DNA from: Fidelibacterota bacterium
GTDB taxonomy: Bacteria > Fidelibacterota > UBA2242
Direction of reading: 5' to 3'
Assembly: GCA_049975265.1 (NCBI GenBank)
Contig: JBNGDF010000008.1
Location: 1-64,000 of the forward strand
Length of the DNA: 64,000 bases
Part shown: positions 1-9,472 of the stretch, piece after piece
Layout: every line of letters starts with the position of its first letter
Numbering within the stretch: the first letter of the stretch is position 1
Made by a program: the position numbers and the translations under genes
Notes under the pieces: model-generated
The model's database searches: none
Told to the model about the DNA's origin: nothing
What the model saw: only the letters and a program-made list of their open reading frames with translations

Positions 1-723
1 AAAGACGATCTGGCCCAGCAGTTTTTTGGCAAAGTTGACCGTGTCCACGCCTTTGCAGGCAAAGTCGGCTTTGATTTTGGGATCATTATTGACCACCTTA
101 TCCAGCGCCTCTTTGGTGCGGATAAGCAGCTCGCGGTATTTGAGGAAAAACTCCCTGGTGACGGTTTCGATATTGAAGGCTTCTTCCAGATCGGGCAGCC
201 GGGGAATGTCGTCGCTTTGCAGGAGTTTGACCAGTTGCCGCTGGGCGGTGTGGCTTTTGCCTTTTTCACCGACCAGAAAGGAAAACCGTTTAGCAGGCGT
301 GAATTCATCTTTTTTGCTTTCCAGGCTGTACTGCATTTTAATCAGAGAAAAACGCCAGTCGCTGGATTTTTCGCTGTGGAAGGCGACCAGCGCCGCGTCT
401 TTCATTTGTCCGCCGCGGGAGCCATTGAGATACCAGCGCACGAAATTACGCTGAGTGCTGCGGGCGTATTCGATGGAATGTTCACGCAACAATTCCACCA
501 CCAGAATATCAATCGTGTTGCCTTCTTCATCTTCAAACTTACCGATCCGTTCCATTTTGCGGATGTAGTTTTCAAAGGCGTTGGGGATGATATTGCCCTG
601 GTAGGTAAACGTTTTTTCTTCAAAATCTTTGAGCAGGTTTTTAATTAACCGGGTGTAACGGTCTTTATCGTATGCGTGTTCAAACACATCCCGAATCAGG
701 TCTTTGGCTTCGTAAAGTTTCAT
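1..723 (-). CDS. Type IIG (Eco57I-like) restriction-modification / DNA methyltransferase, N-terminal part; runs off the window edge
   Basis: Not in the ORF track. Read manually from ATG 723 and open to position 1: MKLYEAKDLIRDVFEHAYDKDRY...RFSFLVGEKGKSHTAQRQL...LEEAFNIETVTREFFLKYRE...VNFAKKLLGQIVF. The AF..E.VT.EFF and FAKKLLGQIVF segments are typical of the region preceding the MTase domain in large type IIG enzymes. The catalytic MTase motifs lie outside the window. Confidence 0.75.
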   Translation of the reverse strand, partial: MKLYEAKDLIRDVFEHAYDKDRYTRLIKNLLKDFEEKTFTYQGNIIPNAFENYIRKMERIGKFEDEEGNTIDILVVELLREHSIEYARSTQRNFVRWYLNGSRGGQMKDAALVAFHSEKSSDWRFSLIKMQYSLESKKDEFTPAKRFSFLVGEKGKSHTAQRQLVKLLQSDDIPRLPDLEEAFNIETVTREFFLKYRELLIRTKEALDKVVNNDPKIKADFACKGVDTVNFAKKLLGQIVF

Positions 724-726
724 AGA

Positions 727-2015
727 TCATTCCTGTTTGATGATTTCCCAGTGACCGCCTTTGTCAGGGCCGATACGTTTTATTATATTTTTACTTTTAA
801 GACGGGCAAGGTGTTTTTCAACTGCTCTGGGACTGATACCGATTTTTTCAGCAATGTCTTTTGCTGAAATATCTGCTTGTTGCGATATGAGTTTTAAAAT
901 TTTCTCCGAACTTTTCTCCGAACCTTTCTCCGTACTTCTTCCGTACTTTTCCTGTATTTTCACCGAAGTTTTTTTCACAGTGTCGGTAAAAATGTCGGTG
1001 AAACTTATGATTGTTTTAAAATTGTCTTTCTCGATCAATTCAAAACGAGCGTTATTGCTATATATCGGCAGGTATTTTCGGATATTTCGAATCCCTGAGC
1101 CAAGTTCTTCGGCGCGTCCCAGTTGCTGGAAGAATTTTACGATAGCCGGATTTTTGGGATGCGGATTAAAGTTATCGGGATCAATCGGACCGTGTCCGAC
1201 CGGGTTATTGGCATTTTCTGTAATGACTGAATCGCGCTGGATGATTAGTCGTGCCGGAAAGGCATTGTTATATTCGCGGTGAATAAGGATATTTGCCACC
1301 ATTTCCTGAAAATCTTTTCCCGCAGATCAACCCGTATATCGCCTTCCATAAAAAACTTATCGGGAAGATGGGTGCGGATAAACAGCATAATTTCATCGTA
1401 GGCGTCCACCAGATTGGTGCGGATTTCACGGCGGTCATCGTAGTGATCCTGATCTTGGATCCTTAACAAAGCATCGGTTTTATAAGCGGGCACTATTTGC
1501 TGCAAAACATCGTCTTTAGCGAAAAGCAGAGCGGCAGCCAGCGTATATCCTTCTTTACCGGTTTCAAAATCACGCCGGTATAAGCCGGCGCTTTTCCTCT
1601 GATATAACCGGCTGATTGCTGCGCTGGATTTAAGTGTAAAATCACCATCTTCATTACAGTCAAAAATATATTTACCCGAACGGTGTACCTGGGAACTTTG
1701 CGGCACGCGGACATAAATAATTTTCTTTTCTTCGATGGTAAATTCCTCTGGAAAAACCATAAAGGGCGGGTCAAGTTTGTTCGGGTTATTGGACAGGTTG
1801 ACCAGGTCGGTTTTAATCTTATCGATTTTTTCAGGATCAATGCCAGTCACTTTTCCTGAGTTTTTTACACCAAGAAGTAAATCTCCGCCAATCCGGTTCA
1901 GGAACGCGCAAATGGTTTCGAAAATATTGTTAGGTAAGGTATTTCTGCATTCTTTGAATTCGATGTCAATACCTTCACCGGCTGATAAAATTTTCTTTAT
2001 TTTTTCTTCGGTCAT
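727..2015 (-). pseudogene. AlbA_2 (Schlafen-like) + HATPase_c_4 + winged-HTH putative regulator, frameshifted into two ORFs
   Basis: The N-part (ATG 2015) has GEGIDIEFKE...FETICAFLNRIGGDLLLGV. The C-part (727..1302) has VANILIHREY, NPHPKNPAI, AEELGSGI and a C-terminal HTH (IAEKIGISPRAVEKHLARLK...RIGPDKGGHW). One extra G at ~1305 would restore ...KIFR-E-MVANILIHREY. Confidence 0.8.
901..947. repeat. Imperfect 12-bp tandem repeat in the linker before the HTH
   Basis: tttctccgaact / tttctccgaacc / tttctccgtact plus a degenerate fourth copy; encodes KYGRSTEKGSEKSSEK on the minus strand. Confidence 0.7.
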
Positions 2016-5000
2016 TTTACAAAGCACTCAGAAAGGATCACTTCGCTGGGATTTGCCATAATATGATCGTGTGAGATATTATTACTCATAAAAAATTCAT
2101 TCGGCAGATTGCGTTTAATGGCGCCGATTATTTTAGGCGGCTGAGTAAGACTTTTTATTTCGCCAAAGATTCGTTTGGTAACTGATTTTGGCAGTACGCC
2201 GTCTTCAAGTAATTTAATTACATTTTTGATATAGACATCATCAATTTCCGTAAAACCGCTGTATTTACGAATTTCTTTGGACTTAAGAATTTTCAAAATA
2301 CGAATGGCGTTGTCCCTGCCGCGGTGACTGGTGGCTTCCTGGATTTCTTCTTCGGTTAGATTATTGATTAATTCGGTTTTATTTTTTTTCAGCAGTGCGT
2401 GATAATTGGGCAAAATTTTCTGTCGTTTGGTTTCCGGCGTTGCTTCAAATAATTTAGCGGCAGTAATGAAATCAAGTTCTGCTGCCATGGATTCATTGGC
2501 AAGATAGAATTTTTCCAATTTGCCTTTTCTGAAATAGGTAAGTAAAGAGTCGGATTCGAGTTTTACGTTTCCTTCGATGGCACGCGATGAACGCGCTTTT
2601 TTAGGCAGGTGTTTAATCTTTGAAAATAAACTTTCATTGTTATCACGAATTTCGGTGATAACATTCAGGTATTTCAGTTCGCTCGCATCCGCTTCATCTT
2701 CACCGGTGATAAATTCTTTGGAAGTTAATTTATTGAACAGTTCAAAGGATTTAATCTCTTCACCATCGGTCAGCAGTTTGGCGTCATTCCCCAGCATTTC
2801 AATAAAATAGTTGATCTTGGCAACGGCTGCTTCTTTCAGTTTAATCAAGTCATTGGATTGATCGGTCGGGAAAAAATTGAATGTGTAAATTGTATCAAAA
2901 GGCGTGTCCACCCGGTTGATCCGACCGACACGCTGAACCATCCGGGTTGGATTCCAGGGAATATCATAATTGATAACCACATTGGAACGGTGCAGGTTGA
3001 TACCTTCGGAAAGTACGTCAGTTGTAATCAGGATGCGGTGATCATCTTTTTTATGGCGGGCTTTGGCGTCAAAATTGGAAATGACCGTATTTAAATCGGC
3101 TTGGCTCGACCCGCCATGAAACAGGATTGGTTTTTCTTTGAGTTGTTTTCTAAGATTTTTACAAAGGTATTCCGCCGTCTCTTTTGATTCGGTAAAAATA
3201 ATCAGTTTGTTCTTTTTTAATTTATCAGCGCTTTTGAGTTCGCCTATGAATTTTTCCAGTTTGGGGTCATAATCAATCTTATCCCACCAGGATTTGATTT
3301 GATTGAGCGTTTCCAGATCGGTTTGCAGGTCTTTTTTCAAGCCATCCACAAATGCCTTTGATGGATATTCTTCAACTTTTTCATCGTCGATTAATCTTTG
3401 AATGGCATCAAAATCATCATTCAGGAAAAATTCAATCACCCGGTTCCAGTATTTTTTGCTGAAATAGACAGAACCCTTTTCGTATGCTTTTATAAAATTT
3501 TCGTATGATGTAATGAAGCGATCCAAAGAATTTTTAAATGCATAGAAACTGCTTTCAAGTCGTTTAACCAAAAGTCCTTTCATAAAGCGTCCCATATTTC
3601 GCTGGGATGTTTTATCAAATTCGGACAACTCTTCTTTTAGATATAACAACGGTGTATAACGGGCATAGGTAAATGTATTTTTATCTGTGATCAGTTTGAT
3701 GGTTTCAAAAAAGATTTTATCAAGATGGTCATCTAATTCATAAAATACAGGAACTGGCGAAGCCACATCGGGAAACTTTAATCCCTGAACTTTTAAATCG
3801 GAACTGAAATAGTTTACGATTTCATTGCGTGTCCGCCTGACCATAATATGTTTTAAAATACGTTCGCGGATTTGTCGCGAATTTTCTTTGACCAAATTCA
3901 TGTATTCTTCATAATCTCTCTGGCGGTCCAATTTTTTAAGTGGTTTCTGTAAATTTGTAAAAAAGTAATCCAAATCTTTGATGCCCGGAATGGTGCTGTT
4001 TTTTCCTTTCTGAAATAATTTAATCTGTGTTAAAATATCAAACGGTGTATTATTCAGCGGGGTTGCTGTCACCAGTATAACTTTTTTACCTGAGCATATC
4101 CGCGCCAGCATTTCATAACTGATATTGGTCTCATTTCTGAATTTATGGGCTTCATCAATAAATACATTGTCATATTTCTCAGTGCCGCGTTCGATGATTT
4201 TTTCCAGTTTGCCAACCGATTCAAAATCAGCAGCAATCTTGAAATCATGAAAAACATTTAGCCATGAATTGGGATTGTCTTTATCCAACAATGCAGGGGA
4301 AGCAATGATCAGATGTCTGCCCGGTAACTGGTTTGCAAGCAGAGCGGAAATATAAGTTTTCCCCAAACCGACAACATCCGCTAAAAATACACCGCCGAAT
4401 TCTTCCAAAATACGTTTAGCATTGATCACCGCCTGTTCCTGATATTTTAACTGCATAAAATCTTTTGGGAAATTTTTAAAGAACAGATCTTCGTTAATGC
4501 TTAAATCTTGCTTGAAATACTCGTATAAAAATTTGAGATATAGTTCGTAAGGGGTAATGGAATCGTCCAAATAGGTTTTGGTTTTGATGATATCCACATA
4601 ATAATCAGAAATATCGACGGCTTCTTTCCAAAGCAATTCAAACTGATCTAATGCAAACTTAACGTCGGTGCTGTTTTTTAACTGAACATTAAATTCCCTG
4701 TTAGCAACAAGACCTGATTCGGAAAAATTGCTTGAACCGGTGATCACGTTCCCGAAATCCCGATCATCTTCGTGATAACGACTGATATACACTTTGGCAT
4801 GAAGGTCCCGGCTCGGGTGGGCTTTTATTTCAATCTTACCGGATTTAAGATATTCAATGAATTTTAAAATTCCATCTTCTACTTCTTTTGTATCCGATGA
4901 ATTTTCAATCTCTGAGACTAACTCATTTCCGAAAATTTCTTTTACCTTAGCATGTGCTTCAAAATCTATGTTACTGGCTGTTTCGATAATTTGAAAAGTT

Positions 5001-5212
5001 TTTTTATCCAGGTTTAAACCCACAAGGATTCGTATTTTTTTAATATTTTTAAATGATTTATACAAACGGAAAAATCCACTTGAACGGAAATAACCGACAA
5101 TGATATCAAAATATTTTACGTCTTTTAGGGTTTGTATGAAGCGATCGAGGAGTGTACATCCGGATTCGTTGGTAAAAAAGGTTAAATCTGTTTTTAAATT
5201 TGTTTCAGTCAT
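2012..5212 (-). CDS. PLD-like nuclease domain fused to SNF2-type SF2 helicase
   Basis: PLD motif LHAKVYI...GSSNFS...NREFN; Walker A LADVVGLGKT; FIDEAH; TATP; TDVLSEGINL; QRVGRINR. Probable start ATG 5212. The stop overlaps the next start (ATGA 2012-2015). Confidence 0.9.
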   Translation of the reverse strand: MTETNLKTDLTFFTNESGCTLLDRFIQTLKDVKYFDIIVGYFRSSGFFRLYKSFKNIKKIRILVGLNLDKKTFQIIETASNIDFEAHAKVKEIFGNELVSEIENSSDTKEVEDGILKFIEYLKSGKIEIKAHPSRDLHAKVYISRYHEDDRDFGNVITGSSNFSESGLVANREFNVQLKNSTDVKFALDQFELLWKEAVDISDYYVDIIKTKTYLDDSITPYELYLKFLYEYFKQDLSINEDLFFKNFPKDFMQLKYQEQAVINAKRILEEFGGVFLADVVGLGKTYISALLANQLPGRHLIIASPALLDKDNPNSWLNVFHDFKIAADFESVGKLEKIIERGTEKYDNVFIDEAHKFRNETNISYEMLARICSGKKVILVTATPLNNTPFDILTQIKLFQKGKNSTIPGIKDLDYFFTNLQKPLKKLDRQRDYEEYMNLVKENSRQIRERILKHIMVRRTRNEIVNYFSSDLKVQGLKFPDVASPVPVFYELDDHLDKIFFETIKLITDKNTFTYARYTPLLYLKEELSEFDKTSQRNMGRFMKGLLVKRLESSFYAFKNSLDRFITSYENFIKAYEKGSVYFSKKYWNRVIEFFLNDDFDAIQRLIDDEKVEEYPSKAFVDGLKKDLQTDLETLNQIKSWWDKIDYDPKLEKFIGELKSADKLKKNKLIIFTESKETAEYLCKNLRKQLKEKPILFHGGSSQADLNTVISNFDAKARHKKDDHRILITTDVLSEGINLHRSNVVINYDIPWNPTRMVQRVGRINRVDTPFDTIYTFNFFPTDQSNDLIKLKEAAVAKINYFIEMLGNDAKLLTDGEEIKSFELFNKLTSKEFITGEDEADASELKYLNVITEIRDNNESLFSKIKHLPKKARSSRAIEGNVKLESDSLLTYFRKGKLEKFYLANESMAAELDFITAAKLFEATPETKRQKILPNYHALLKKNKTELINNLTEEEIQEATSHRGRDNAIRILKILKSKEIRKYSGFTEIDDVYIKNVIKLLEDGVLPKSVTKRIFGEIKSLTQPPKIIGAIKRNLPNEFFMSNNISHDHIMANPSEVILSECFVK

Positions 5213-5516
5213 AAAATCCCACAAATAAAAATTTACTTATTAAGGTAATTTTCTCAATCACAAAAAATTCCGTTTTTTCCATGCAATACAGATATAGATA
5301 CAGATAGGGCTTCAGCAATTTCAAATATCCGGAGTGTTAACCGTGCCATATCGATTAAATGTTAAAGGATAATCGGAATATTGTCAACGATTATTTCAAC
5401 AGGTTTATAACCACAAAAACACGAAGAATTAAAAAGTAAGTTTCTGAACCAGAATCAGGGGAATGAAAATAAAAGACGACATGCAAATCAGATTAGAAAG
5501 GGGTGATCGAGATCGT

Positions 5517-6608
5517 TCACTGCCGGATTTTATAGAGCAGGTAGGCGCCGCAGCCGAGGAAGACAATATTGCCGATCCAGACGGCGAGGGCGGGGCTGAG
5601 AATCCCCTTATAGCCCATTACCTGACCGAATTTGATAAAGCCGTAATAGACAAAGATGACCAACAGACTCATCCCGGCGCCGAAACCGATCCCTTTACGC
5701 TCCTTGACCGCCGCCAGCGGGACGCCGAACAGGATGACGATAAAGTTGGTAAAGGAAAAGGCGATTTTGTAATGCAGATTAACCTGCCACTTGCGGGGAT
5801 CGTTGCCGCTCTCCTGAAGCCGGGCAATGAAGTCCGCCAGCTCGCTGAAGCGCATGATTTCCGGGTCCAGTGCGGTTTTGGTGACGTCTTCCGGTCTTAG
5901 ATTCAGGGACAGCAGCGAATCGGCAATTATGGCGGAGACGGTTTCGCTACCACTTTGGTCAAAGCGCCGGATTTTGAAATCCTGCAGCAACCAGGTCTCC
6001 GTTTCCGGCTGCCAGATAATTTTCCGGGCATCGATCCGCTCTCTGAGGATATTGTTGTCTGTCTTCTGAATGGTGACGATTGTCCCGGAATTGCGCCGGG
6101 TGTCGAAGCGGGATATGACGACATTGCAGGTGGGTGAATCCTGAAACATAATGTTGGTAAATACGGTTTTCTTCGAATGCCGCCGGCGTTTCATCTGATT
6201 TTCTTCAATTTCAATCCGCTTGCGGGATGCCGGAATAACGACAGCATCCTCGAAAAAGAATGAGCCTATGCTGAACAACAGACCGATCAGCAGCAGCGGC
6301 GCCGAAATCCGATACAGACTGATTCCTGACGATTTAATGGCGCCCAGCTCGTTGGATTTACCCATACTGCCAACGGTAAAAACCGACGCCAGCAGAAGCG
6401 ACATCGGCAGCGCTATATGAACAAACCAGGGCAGCTGGTAATAATAAAACCAGGCGACGTCGGTGAACGACATCTCGGATTTCAGAAATTTGTCAATCTT
6501 CTCGATTACATCGACAATTTGAAAAATTACCAGAAAAACCAGCATGGACAGAAAAAAGAGGGTAATGAATTTTCTGATAATGTAGCGATCGAGAATTTTG
6601 ATTTTCAT
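5517..6608 (-). CDS. lptG: LPS export ABC transporter permease (LptF/LptG family)
   Basis: MKIKILDRYI start, three N-terminal TM helices, ELGAIKSSGISLYRI, a periplasmic domain and three C-terminal TM helices. The lptG versus lptF assignment is tentative. Confidence 0.85.
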   Translation of the reverse strand: MKIKILDRYIIRKFITLFFLSMLVFLVIFQIVDVIEKIDKFLKSEMSFTDVAWFYYYQLPWFVHIALPMSLLLASVFTVGSMGKSNELGAIKSSGISLYRISAPLLLIGLLFSIGSFFFEDAVVIPASRKRIEIEENQMKRRRHSKKTVFTNIMFQDSPTCNVVISRFDTRRNSGTIVTIQKTDNNILRERIDARKIIWQPETETWLLQDFKIRRFDQSGSETVSAIIADSLLSLNLRPEDVTKTALDPEIMRFSELADFIARLQESGNDPRKWQVNLHYKIAFSFTNFIVILFGVPLAAVKERKGIGFGAGMSLLVIFVYYGFIKFGQVMGYKGILSPALAVWIGNIVFLGCGAYLLYKIRQ

Positions 6609-6732
6609 AGCCTAAGAAATCTATAACAGCGCAGACACTTTCGCCAAGCTTTTCTCTTAACAGTTTTGGATATTTTCATTATATTGCCACCAGCGGTATG
6701 ATGACAGGCAAAATATACGGGACATCAAAGAT

Positions 6733-8190
6733 ATGGTCGTGAAACCACCGGGCAGGGCGGTAATGACGTTTTGGAAAGCCATGCTTCCCATCGGCTATCT
6801 GGCGATTGCTCTGATCTATACCCTGCGCTTCTTAGGCGGTGACCCCCATATTCCGATTTTATCAGCGGCTGTGGTAGGCGCGCTGGTAGCCGTCCTCAGC
6901 GGTTACAAGTGGGTGGATATTCAGGAGGGTATTGTCGCGACCATTAAGATGTCCATGGGGGCAATTTTAATCCTCATGATCATCGGGATGGTCATCGGCA
7001 CGTGGATACTGGCAGGCATCGTACCGACCATGATCTATTACGGTTTGCAGCTGATTGCGCCCGGCGTTTTTCTGCTGGCGACGGCTGTAATCTGTGCCAT
7101 TGTCTCTGTCGCCACCGGCAGCAGCTGGACCACCGCCGGAACGGTAGGCATTGCTCTGATCGGTGTCGGTGAAGGTTTCGGGATTCCTCTGCCCATGGTG
7201 GCGGGTGCGATTATCTCCGGAGCATACTTCGGCGATAAAATGTCGCCCCTGTCCGATACCACCAATCTGGCGCCGGCAATGGCGGGCGCGAAATTGTTCG
7301 ATCACATCCGGCATATGGTCTTTACCACCGGTCCGAGTCTCCTGATTGCTCTGATTCTCTATACCATCCTCGGGCTGCGCTATCGCCAGACGAATCTGGA
7401 CCTGGAGGGTATTCACCTGATATTGAATGGACTTGAGAGTCAGTTTACGCTGTCTCCCTGGCTGTTACTGCCACCGCTGCTGGTAATTGTCATGGTGATC
7501 CGGCGAATACCGGCGATTCCGGGATTGATCGGCTGTACCCTGATCGGCGCCCTGTTCGCGACCATCTTTCAGCGCTCCGGACTGGCTGAAATCGTCAGAG
7601 CCGCCCATTATGGTTATGTATCTGCCGGCGGTGTGGAGGCGGTGGACAGCCTGCTGACCCGCGGCGGACTGGACAGCATGATGTGGACTGTCTCACTGAT
7701 TCTTTGCGCTATGTGTCTGGCGGGTGTGCTGGAGAGCACCGGAATGCTGAATGCGATTGCCGGGCGTATCGTCAGGCTGGCGCGCAATAACGGCAGTCTG
7801 GTAACGGCGACAATCCTGACCAGCATCGGCACCAACCTGGTCGCCGGGGATCAGTATCTGTCCATTGTCGTACCCGGGCGGATTTTTAAAAAAATATACG
7901 ACGATCGCGGACTGAAACCCAAAAATCTGTCGCGGGTACTGGAGGATGCCGGAACCCTCAGCTCACCGCTGATTCCCTGGAACACCTGCGGTGCCTTCAT
8001 GTACACCACGCTGGGGGTTTATCCCTTTGCCTATCTGCCCTTTGCTTTTATGAATCTGATCAATCCGCTGGTATCTATCTTTTACGGTTTTACGGGTATT
8101 ACCATGGAAAAATTCAGCGATGCCGAGCTGCACGTACGGCAAGCGGAGCCCAAAGAAGACCACACCCCCTCCGCTGATACCCGCGTCTGA
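6733..8190 (+). CDS. nhaC: Na+/H+ antiporter NhaC family
   Basis: TGSSWTTAGTVG, GAYFGDKMSPLSDTTNLA, LSRVLEDAGTLSSPLIPWN; polytopic membrane protein. Confidence 0.92.
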   Translation: MVVKPPGRAVMTFWKAMLPIGYLAIALIYTLRFLGGDPHIPILSAAVVGALVAVLSGYKWVDIQEGIVATIKMSMGAILILMIIGMVIGTWILAGIVPTMIYYGLQLIAPGVFLLATAVICAIVSVATGSSWTTAGTVGIALIGVGEGFGIPLPMVAGAIISGAYFGDKMSPLSDTTNLAPAMAGAKLFDHIRHMVFTTGPSLLIALILYTILGLRYRQTNLDLEGIHLILNGLESQFTLSPWLLLPPLLVIVMVIRRIPAIPGLIGCTLIGALFATIFQRSGLAEIVRAAHYGYVSAGGVEAVDSLLTRGGLDSMMWTVSLILCAMCLAGVLESTGMLNAIAGRIVRLARNNGSLVTATILTSIGTNLVAGDQYLSIVVPGRIFKKIYDDRGLKPKNLSRVLEDAGTLSSPLIPWNTCGAFMYTTLGVYPFAYLPFAFMNLINPLVSIFYGFTGITMEKFSDAELHVRQAEPKEDHTPSADTRV

Positions 8191-8246
8191 TTAGAGAATA
8201 CACGCCATTCACACCTGGATTGTCAAGCACAATTTACCCTGCCCGG

Positions 8247-8603
8247 TCACTTTCCCTGAACATAATTTGCTACCTTGAGGATTTTGCGTTTGATGCAGAT
8301 ATGTCCGGCTCGGGCGTAGCCGCAGGATTTCATGGCGGTCATAAACTGTTCGTCCAGTGATTGGATCATGCTATCGAGAGATTCGAATTGGAGCGGATCG
8401 GTCTGCTGAACGATCTGCCGGAAGGTTTGAACGGCGTGCAGCTCGTTATCATAGAGTGCCATATTCTCTCTGTGAACGTAGTTCGTAATCAGCCCTTCCT
8501 GCAGTCTCTGTTCGCAGATTTCTTTCAGGGTCTCGATGTCCTCTTTCAGATCATCCAGTTCGATGTTGAGAATTTCGAGAAAATTGTGCTGTTGATGTTT
8601 CAT
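8247..8603 (-). CDS. Hypothetical helical protein (~118 aa)
   Basis: ATG 8603 preceded by GGGAG; no recognised motif. Confidence 0.6.
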   Translation of the reverse strand: MKHQQHNFLEILNIELDDLKEDIETLKEICEQRLQEGLITNYVHRENMALYDNELHAVQTFRQIVQQTDPLQFESLDSMIQSLDEQFMTAMKSCGYARAGHICIKRKILKVANYVQGK

Positions 8604-8689
8604 GATTTCTCCCGCCTGTACCACTATTTACGAAATCGGGCGGTAATATTCAATAGAGAAAACGGTTGGAATCATTCCGGTGAGAATAT

Positions 8690-9472
8690 TTAACGCAGGT
8701 TCCTGATAAAGGTTCGGATAGCACTTTTCCGGGTATCCGGCGCTGTCTGTTCCAGAAGCCTGATAAAGGCGCTGCCGATGATCACGCCGTCGGAGTATTG
8801 GGTATAGAGTTGAAAATCCTGCCGGTCTTTGATACCGAATCCGATCAGCCAGGGGTGAGTCAGAGTGCGGTTCAGATTGTCAAAGAATTGAATCGTTTCC
8901 GGCGTCGGTCGGTTGTCCTGACCGGTGACGCCGGTATAGGCGACGCAATAGATGAAAGCGCTGGTGACACTGTCGATTGTATGGATTCTGGCAGGCGGAG
9001 TATTGGGTGCGATCAGATGGATCAGATCGAGGTCGGCGGCTTGCAGCTGTGCCTGGCAGGACAGGCTCTCCTCGAGGGGCCAGTCGGGAATGATTAATCC
9101 GTCAACACCGGCGGTTTTCGCTCTGGTTAAAAACGCCTCCATGCCCATCACATGAAATGGATTCAGATAACCCATGAGGATAATGGGAATCTCTGTATTT
9201 CGGCGGATATCCTTAACCATTTCCAGCACGTCCTGCAAGCCGATTCCATTGGTAAGTGCCCGCTGGGAGGCTCTTTGGATGACCGGCCCGTCGGCGACGG
9301 GATCGGAGAAGGGTACGCCCAGCTCGATGAAATCGACACCTTCGTCGGCTGCCTGGCAGATGATATCCACGGTGGCATCCCGCTCCGGGAATCCGGCGGT
9401 CACGAAGAGGGAGAGACATTTCCGGTGCTGCTTTTTATAACGCTCTAGGAGACGGATCAATTTTTGACTCAT
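8690..9472 (-). CDS. trpA: Tryptophan synthase alpha chain
   Basis: [38 protein letters not shown]. Confidence 0.97.
   Translation of the reverse strand: MSQKLIRLLERYKKQHRKCLSLFVTAGFPERDATVDIICQAADEGVDFIELGVPFSDPVADGPVIQRASQRALTNGIGLQDVLEMVKDIRRNTEIPIILMGYLNPFHVMGMEAFLTRAKTAGVDGLIIPDWPLEESLSCQAQLQAADLDLIHLIAPNTPPARIHTIDSVTSAFIYCVAYTGVTGQDNRPTPETIQFFDNLNRTLTHPWLIGFGIKDRQDFQLYTQYSDGVIIGSAFIRLLEQTAPDTRKSAIRTFIRNLR

Noticed and set aside
26..648. Plus-strand ORFs 26..454 and 217..648
   Set aside because: Antisense to the real minus-strand gene 1..723
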